Part shown: positions 56,722 to 64,000 of the stretch, in pieces
Layout of the letters: the number at the start of each line of letters is the position of its first letter
Numbering within the stretch: position 1 is the first letter of the stretch
Source of the DNA: Bacillus subtilis subsp. subtilis str. 168
GTDB lineage: Bacteria; Bacillota; Bacilli; Bacillales; Bacillaceae
Direction of reading: 5' to 3'
Length of the DNA: 64,000 nt
Assembly (NCBI RefSeq): GCF_000009045.1
Contig: NC_000964.3
Span: 3,720,001 to 3,784,000 of the forward strand
The notes under the pieces: model-generated
Told to the model about the DNA's origin: nothing
Databases searched by the model: none
Seen by the model: only the letters and a program-made list of their open reading frames with translations
Program-made: the position numbers and the translations under genes

Positions 56722-57753
56722 CTACTTTTTCGCCATATATTTATTCAAAAACGCATCTGCCTCAGAAATTTGTGTGCCTTGGTAATAGTACTTTACAATG
56801 TCATCAACCGTTTTGCCTTCTTTGGCCATAAAATTCGCTCCGTATTGGCTCATCCCCACACCGTGGCCAAATCCTCTCGTCGTGACTGTAATTGTGTCTC
56901 CATTTCGCTTCCATTCAAAATCGGCGGAGTTGAGACCCAACTTTTCACGTATGTCTCTTCCTTTCAGCGTCTTGCCGTTAATGACGGCAGTTGCGACCTG
57001 GTGGCCCGGTGTCTCGCCGGTAATCTTCCCTACTGCGCTAGATCCATCCAGCTTGACGCCAAGCTTTTGCTGAAATTCTGCCGCTGTAAAGGTTTTCGTT
57101 GCCTTATATTTCGGAGACTTTTTATCCCATGGGCTTTTGACGCTTTTTAAATATGGGATAGCACTTGTCCAATAAGCTTCTGCATTCTCTGTGTAGCCGT
57201 TGCTTGTGGAGAAAAAGGATGCTTCAATCGGCTGGTTGTTGTACGTTAAGATTTTGCCTTGCGTACTGGCTACCGCATCTGTGATTTTCTTCAGTTTTGT
57301 CTCATAGCTTGTGCCCCACTGTTTTTTCAGCTCCGCTTTGCTTTTATACACCTGGAACATCTGTGTATCATCCACCAGTGAGCCTTTAGGAGCTTCTACC
57401 GCTGAATTTGACACCATCAGTCTGACAATAAATGTTCTGGCGGCAAGCGCCTGGGCTTTCAGCGCTTCAGGTTTAAAGGTTGCCGGCATTTCGGAGGCGA
57501 CGACTCCAATCACATACTCTTCAAGCGGAATGTTTTCTACGGATTGATTTGCGGTTCGATAGACGGGAATAGAAACAGGTGATGCTTTCAATGTTTCTGC
57601 TCCTTTCGATGCTGGTTTCGTGCTGACTGCTGTCTTTTCTGATTCTACGCTGGCCCCCGCTTCCTTATTATGCTGGAATGGTATAACCAAGAGTGTGGGA
57701 ACCAAGAGAATCAATGCACATAGTACGGATAGTGTGATTGCGAATTGTTTCAT
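56722..57753 (-). CDS. spoIID: Engulfment lytic transglycosylase SpoIID
   Basis: LEEYVIGVVASEMP, EALKAQALAART, FFSTSNG and GFGHGVGMSQYGA motifs. Confidence 0.97.
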   Translation of the reverse strand: MKQFAITLSVLCALILLVPTLLVIPFQHNKEAGASVESEKTAVSTKPASKGAETLKASPVSIPVYRTANQSVENIPLEEYVIGVVASEMPATFKPEALKAQALAARTFIVRLMVSNSAVEAPKGSLVDDTQMFQVYKSKAELKKQWGTSYETKLKKITDAVASTQGKILTYNNQPIEASFFSTSNGYTENAEAYWTSAIPYLKSVKSPWDKKSPKYKATKTFTAAEFQQKLGVKLDGSSAVGKITGETPGHQVATAVINGKTLKGRDIREKLGLNSADFEWKRNGDTITVTTRGFGHGVGMSQYGANFMAKEGKTVDDIVKYYYQGTQISEADAFLNKYMAKK

Positions 57754-57790
57754 ATTCAGCTGCCTCCTGCTCGGGATTCGACTCTAGTCT

Positions 57791-57819
57791 AGTCTATGGG
57801 CAGGGACAAGCTAATATGA
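57791..57819 (-). promoter_or_regulatory. SigE promoter of spoIID
   Basis: Minus strand TCATATT-N14-CATAGACT. Confidence 0.85.
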
Positions 57820-57904
57820 CTCTCGTTTTGGACAGAAACTTTATTTGTCATTTACGTATTCTTTTTTGCTATTTTGCGCATAATGATGATAATACACAAA
57901 AAAT

Positions 57905-57939
57905 AAAAAACCAGTATGCCAGAGTGACATACTGATTTT
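57905..57939 (-). terminator. murAA terminator
   Basis: CAGTATG/CATACTG stem with flanking A and T runs. Confidence 0.65.
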
Positions 57940-57948
57940 CAAGTAAGT

Positions 57949-59259
57949 TTATGCATTTAAGTCAGAAACGACTTCTTTATTCTCTTGCTCAGAAGCAGAC
58001 TCATCATTTACACGTTCGATGTCTGCGCCCAGAGCGGCAAGCTTCTGATGGAAATCAACGTAACCGCGGTCTAAGTGCTTCAATTCAGTAACACGTGTGT
58101 GACCTTCAGCCACTAACCCCGCAAGAATCAGCGCTGCACCTGCACGCAAATCAGTCGCTGCAACTTCAGCTCCCTGAAGCTGTACAGGACCGTTAATGAT
58201 GACAGAACGTCCTTCAATCTTGATATCACCATTCATACGGCGGAATTCTTCCGCATGCATAAAACGGTTTTCAAAAACGGTTTCTGTAATCATGCTTGTG
58301 CCGCTTGCACGAAGCAGAAGCGCCATCATTTGTGACTGCATATCAGTCGGGAAGCCCGGGTGAGGCATTGTTTTGATGTCAATCGGTTTAAGCTCTTTCG
58401 GGCCGATGACACGCAGACCTTCACCTTCATCCTTAATTGTTACACCCATCTCTTCCATTTTTGCAATTAAAGAGGTGAGGTGCTCAGGAACCGCTCCTTT
58501 TACTAATACGTTTCCTTCAGTGATTGCAGCAGCAACCATAAATGTGCCCGCTTCAATACGGTCAGGAATAATATGGTGTTTTACGCCGTGAAGCTTTTCG
58601 ACTCCTTCAATTTTGATGGTGCCGGTGCCAGCTCCGCGGATTTTTCCGCCCATGCCGTTGATATAGTTTGCTAAATCAACGATTTCGGGTTCTTTTGCCA
58701 CGTTTTCCAGCGTTGTTGTTCCTTCAGCTAGAGCGGCTGCCATAATCAGGTTCTCTGTAGCTCCTACACTTGGGAAGTCCAGATAAATTTTTGCGCCTTG
58801 CAGTCGGCCTTTTACTTCAGCTTCAATGAAGCCATTACCGACTTTGATTTCTGCGCCCATTGCTTCAAAACCTTTTAAATGCTGATCAATCGGTCTGGAA
58901 CCAATTGCGCATCCGCCCGGAAGTGCAACTCTTGCATGACCTGTACGCGCAAGAAGCGGCCCCATGACAAGCACAGACGCACGCATTTTACGAACATATT
59001 CAAAAGGTGCTTCAGTTTGCAAAGCGTATGAAGCATTTACAGTCACTTCATTATTTTCAAAATGCACATCTGCTCCTAAATGACGCAACACTTCGTTAAT
59101 TGTATATACATCGGAGAGCGTAGGTACATCACAAATTACGCTTTTTTCTTCACTTGCTAATAAAGATGCAGCGATAACAGGTAAAACGGCATTTTTAGCG
59201 CCTTCAACTTTGACTGTGCCGTTTAACTTCTGACCGCCGCGGACGATGATTTTTTCCAA
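57949..59259 (-). CDS. murAA: UDP-N-acetylglucosamine enolpyruvyl transferase
   Basis: [26 protein letters not shown] and DLRAGAAL motifs. Confidence 0.97.
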   Translation of the reverse strand: MEKIIVRGGQKLNGTVKVEGAKNAVLPVIAASLLASEEKSVICDVPTLSDVYTINEVLRHLGADVHFENNEVTVNASYALQTEAPFEYVRKMRASVLVMGPLLARTGHARVALPGGCAIGSRPIDQHLKGFEAMGAEIKVGNGFIEAEVKGRLQGAKIYLDFPSVGATENLIMAAALAEGTTTLENVAKEPEIVDLANYINGMGGKIRGAGTGTIKIEGVEKLHGVKHHIIPDRIEAGTFMVAAAITEGNVLVKGAVPEHLTSLIAKMEEMGVTIKDEGEGLRVIGPKELKPIDIKTMPHPGFPTDMQSQMMALLLRASGTSMITETVFENRFMHAEEFRRMNGDIKIEGRSVIINGPVQLQGAEVAATDLRAGAALILAGLVAEGHTRVTELKHLDRGYVDFHQKLAALGADIERVNDESASEQENKEVVSDLNA

Positions 59260-59292
59260 GGTATTCCCCTCCGCGTCCCTAAATTCTCTATA

Positions 59293-60033
59293 TTAATATT
59301 CAGTCGTAACGATTGGTGTGCCAACCGTAACGGTATGTTTTCCGCCCATTCCTGCACTTCTAAGTGCAATTTGCAAATTCATTTTATGTTTCGAGGTCAT
59401 AATGTACTCTTCCCACTCATCTGTAAACGCAGAAATAGAAACGAAATTTGGCTCAACTACATGTTCTACTGATCTTGCTTGAAATTCATTTAATAACTGA
59501 TTTGCTTTTTTTTGCAAAACAATATTCATATTATCATCTAAGTGACCATTTAGACAAGTAAAAATAACTACTTTTTCTTGGAATATCCCAAGTGTCTCCC
59601 GTTCAAACTGTTCATATGTATCATTCCAGCTATCCGGTGTCTCTAGACTCATTTGCTCATATAATAAATACGAAGTTGGATTGTGTTTTTTGAGGGTTGT
59701 GACAAGCTGCAGTCTAAAAGAAGTACGATTTTTTTTGTCAGTATATGTGCCAATTGCCTTTATCATTTTATCTTCCCGTGCAATCACCCAATCATATTGA
59801 CGATACTCTTGTTTTAAACGTTGCACTTTTTGATAAAATTCTTTTTCGGTCAGTGACAAGTTTTGTTTTGCATGCAATGTCCACTTATCTATTGACACAT
59901 CTTGACGTTCCATCCCCTCTGCCATCTGTGCTAACGGCGTTAATTCACTCGCATGAATGGTATGGAAAACAGCAATGACGAAGCTTAACATGACGGAAAT
60001 GATAATAGCGTGGCTTACTTGTTTTTTCTTCAT
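59293..60033 (-). CDS. ywmB: YwmB-family exported protein
   Basis: N-terminal signal/anchor; C-terminal NLQIALR...TVGTPIVTTEY; start at 60033 preferred on RBS spacing. Confidence 0.82.
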   Translation of the reverse strand: MKKKQVSHAIIISVMLSFVIAVFHTIHASELTPLAQMAEGMERQDVSIDKWTLHAKQNLSLTEKEFYQKVQRLKQEYRQYDWVIAREDKMIKAIGTYTDKKNRTSFRLQLVTTLKKHNPTSYLLYEQMSLETPDSWNDTYEQFERETLGIFQEKVVIFTCLNGHLDDNMNIVLQKKANQLLNEFQARSVEHVVEPNFVSISAFTDEWEEYIMTSKHKMNLQIALRSAGMGGKHTVTVGTPIVTTEY

Positions 60034-60161
60034 GTTCATCTCTCCCCCTTATCCCCAGTTTTACCGGAGGCAAGAGGCGCCATACGTAAAAATCTTCGTC
60101 AAAACTCGAGCTATTCGCTTCAACCCGCTTCTCCCAACCATTTAATAATGTTCAAAACCTA

Positions 60162-60392
60162 TTAAAATAGATAGGGAAGCTGCTGTGAATAATTGAGGTA
60201 ATCTAAAAAGAAATTGGCAACGGCCGTTCCAATGGCGATTGTCAGCAAAATCATCAGGAGTCTTGCCTGCACGACTTTGCCTTTTTTGATTAACGGATCT
60301 ATATTGACGGCTTGCAACGCCCACCAAGTCACTGCTATAAAAATCAGGTGAACGACAATGCCGATTGCAGCCTGCTGTCCCAATACACTCAT
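60162..60392 (-). CDS. ywzB: Small membrane protein (DUF1146-like)
   Basis: 76 aa, two TM segments, QARLLMILLTIAIG motif. Confidence 0.82.
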   Translation of the reverse strand: MSVLGQQAAIGIVVHLIFIAVTWWALQAVNIDPLIKKGKVVQARLLMILLTIAIGTAVANFFLDYLNYSQQLPYLF

Positions 60393-60561
60393 CTATTACA
60401 CTCCTTTCTCTGCGTTCATACCCTTTCTTATTATATAAGAAGCACAGATAAAGATGATACATTTTATACAGAACGGAATAATCAGCCAAATCTAGGGCTA
60501 ATCCCCGCTTAAAGTGCGATTCTTTTACATGGTATACTTTATTGGAAAGGAGCTGGCAAAT

Positions 60562-61035
60562 GTGAATCATTCTTTTTTTCAGCCTGAAAAGCAATATGGT
60601 GAGGACCTGCCAATTTTTGATCAGGAATGGGAAGCAATTGCATTCTATTATGATTATAGACAGTCACAGATTGAAGAACTGAATGAATTGTGTCAGTTTT
60701 TTAACATTTCTCTTACCTATACGAGAGAAAGCCTTGAAGAGCTTGAAAACCTCTATTTTCAAAGTATACAAGAACTTTTGCTTGCTGATTGGAATCTTCC
60801 TATTGAAGAATTCGAGAAAATGATCAGTGTTTATCTTATAGATTGTGTGATTGCCCGCCATGAAGATGCTGAATGGGTTGTAAAACCTTATCCCTATAAA
60901 GACGGCGCTTATACACTTGGCTTTAGAAGACATCGCAAATCGTGGCATACAATGAATGCCTGTGATGGTTTATACCTGCGTCCAAAAGAGGATCGCCCGT
61001 TGCTGTCGCTGTTTGATTCTCTTGTGCGTTCATAA
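60562..61035 (+). CDS. ywmA: Hypothetical protein
   Basis: GTG start follows AAAGGAG (157 aa); convergent with atpC. Confidence 0.75.
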   Translation: MNHSFFQPEKQYGEDLPIFDQEWEAIAFYYDYRQSQIEELNELCQFFNISLTYTRESLEELENLYFQSIQELLLADWNLPIEEFEKMISVYLIDCVIARHEDAEWVVKPYPYKDGAYTLGFRRHRKSWHTMNACDGLYLRPKEDRPLLSLFDSLVRS

Positions 61036-61067
61036 AAAAATCCTTCTCATAAAGAGAAGGATTTTTT
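61034..61067. terminator. Bidirectional terminator, ywmA/atp operon
   Basis: AAAAAATCCTTCTC-ATAAA-GAGAAGGATTTTTT. Confidence 0.9.
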
Positions 61068-61068
61068 C

Positions 61069-61479
<411 letters not shown>

Positions 61480-61490
61480 CTAGGACCAGA

Positions 61491-63822
<2,332 letters not shown>

Positions 63823-63877
63823 TCATCTGCGTAAAAAGAGAGAAAAAGAGAACCTTTTTCTCTCATCAGCATTCGAG

Positions 63878-64000
63878 TTAGTTGCTTGGTGCAAATGTGC
63901 GTTTGAAGCCTTCGATTGCAGCTTTGAAGTCTTCATCAGCAGGAAGGTTTCCTGTTTTCGCAATTCCGTCAAGCAGGTCTTTATGGTTTTGGTCAAGGTA
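63878..64000 (-). CDS. atpA: ATP synthase alpha subunit, C-terminal 40 aa (gene runs off the right edge)
   Basis: Hand translation YLDQNHKDLLDGIAKTGNLPADEDFKAAIEGFKRTFAPSN-stop, directly upstream of atpG. Confidence 0.9.
   Translation of the reverse strand, partial: YLDQNHKDLLDGIAKTGNLPADEDFKAAIEGFKRTFAPSN

Overview
This window is an ordinary chromosomal segment of Bacillus subtilis, 168-like by inference from the recognisable proteins and gene order. It runs from the 5' part of ywrD to the 3' end of atpA, and most genes lie on the minus strand. Contents in order: a chromate-transporter operon; the ywqH-I-J-K-nfi LXG toxin locus (deaminase-motif toxin, immunity gene, endonuclease V); the tkmA-ptkA-ptpZ-ugd tyrosine-kinase cluster; a SWIM/SNF2 pair; glcR, ssbB, mscL, fabZ, rapD, flhOP, mbl, spoIIID/usd, pucI, amtB-glnK, bcrC, spoIIQ, clsA, mta, ureABC, csbD, rapB, fdhD-moaA, two secreted vWA proteins, spoIID, murAA and atpCDG. 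I found no rRNA, tRNA, CRISPR array, IS or prophage. Several real genes are missing from the ORF track (ywrD and atpA fragments, ywzD, usd, ywmE), and many ORF-track starts are too far upstream; these are corrected here using RBS positions. The most interesting signals are not in the ORF track. (1) The roughly 780-nt region upstream of ureA is a multiply deleted, frameshifted fossil of a urea ABC-transporter operon, with urtA 5' pieces fused to urtE pieces. (2) The ywpE-ywpD interval is a collapsed locus: a 5'-truncated sortase, a SpaA/Cna-B-like adhesin fragment and a hybrid sensor kinase cut at its receiver Asp. (3) The deaminase-type LXG toxin sits in an operon with endonuclease V, and an AT-rich toxin/immunity cassette has both borders inside genes. 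All family assignments come from motif recognition by eye; no database searches were run.
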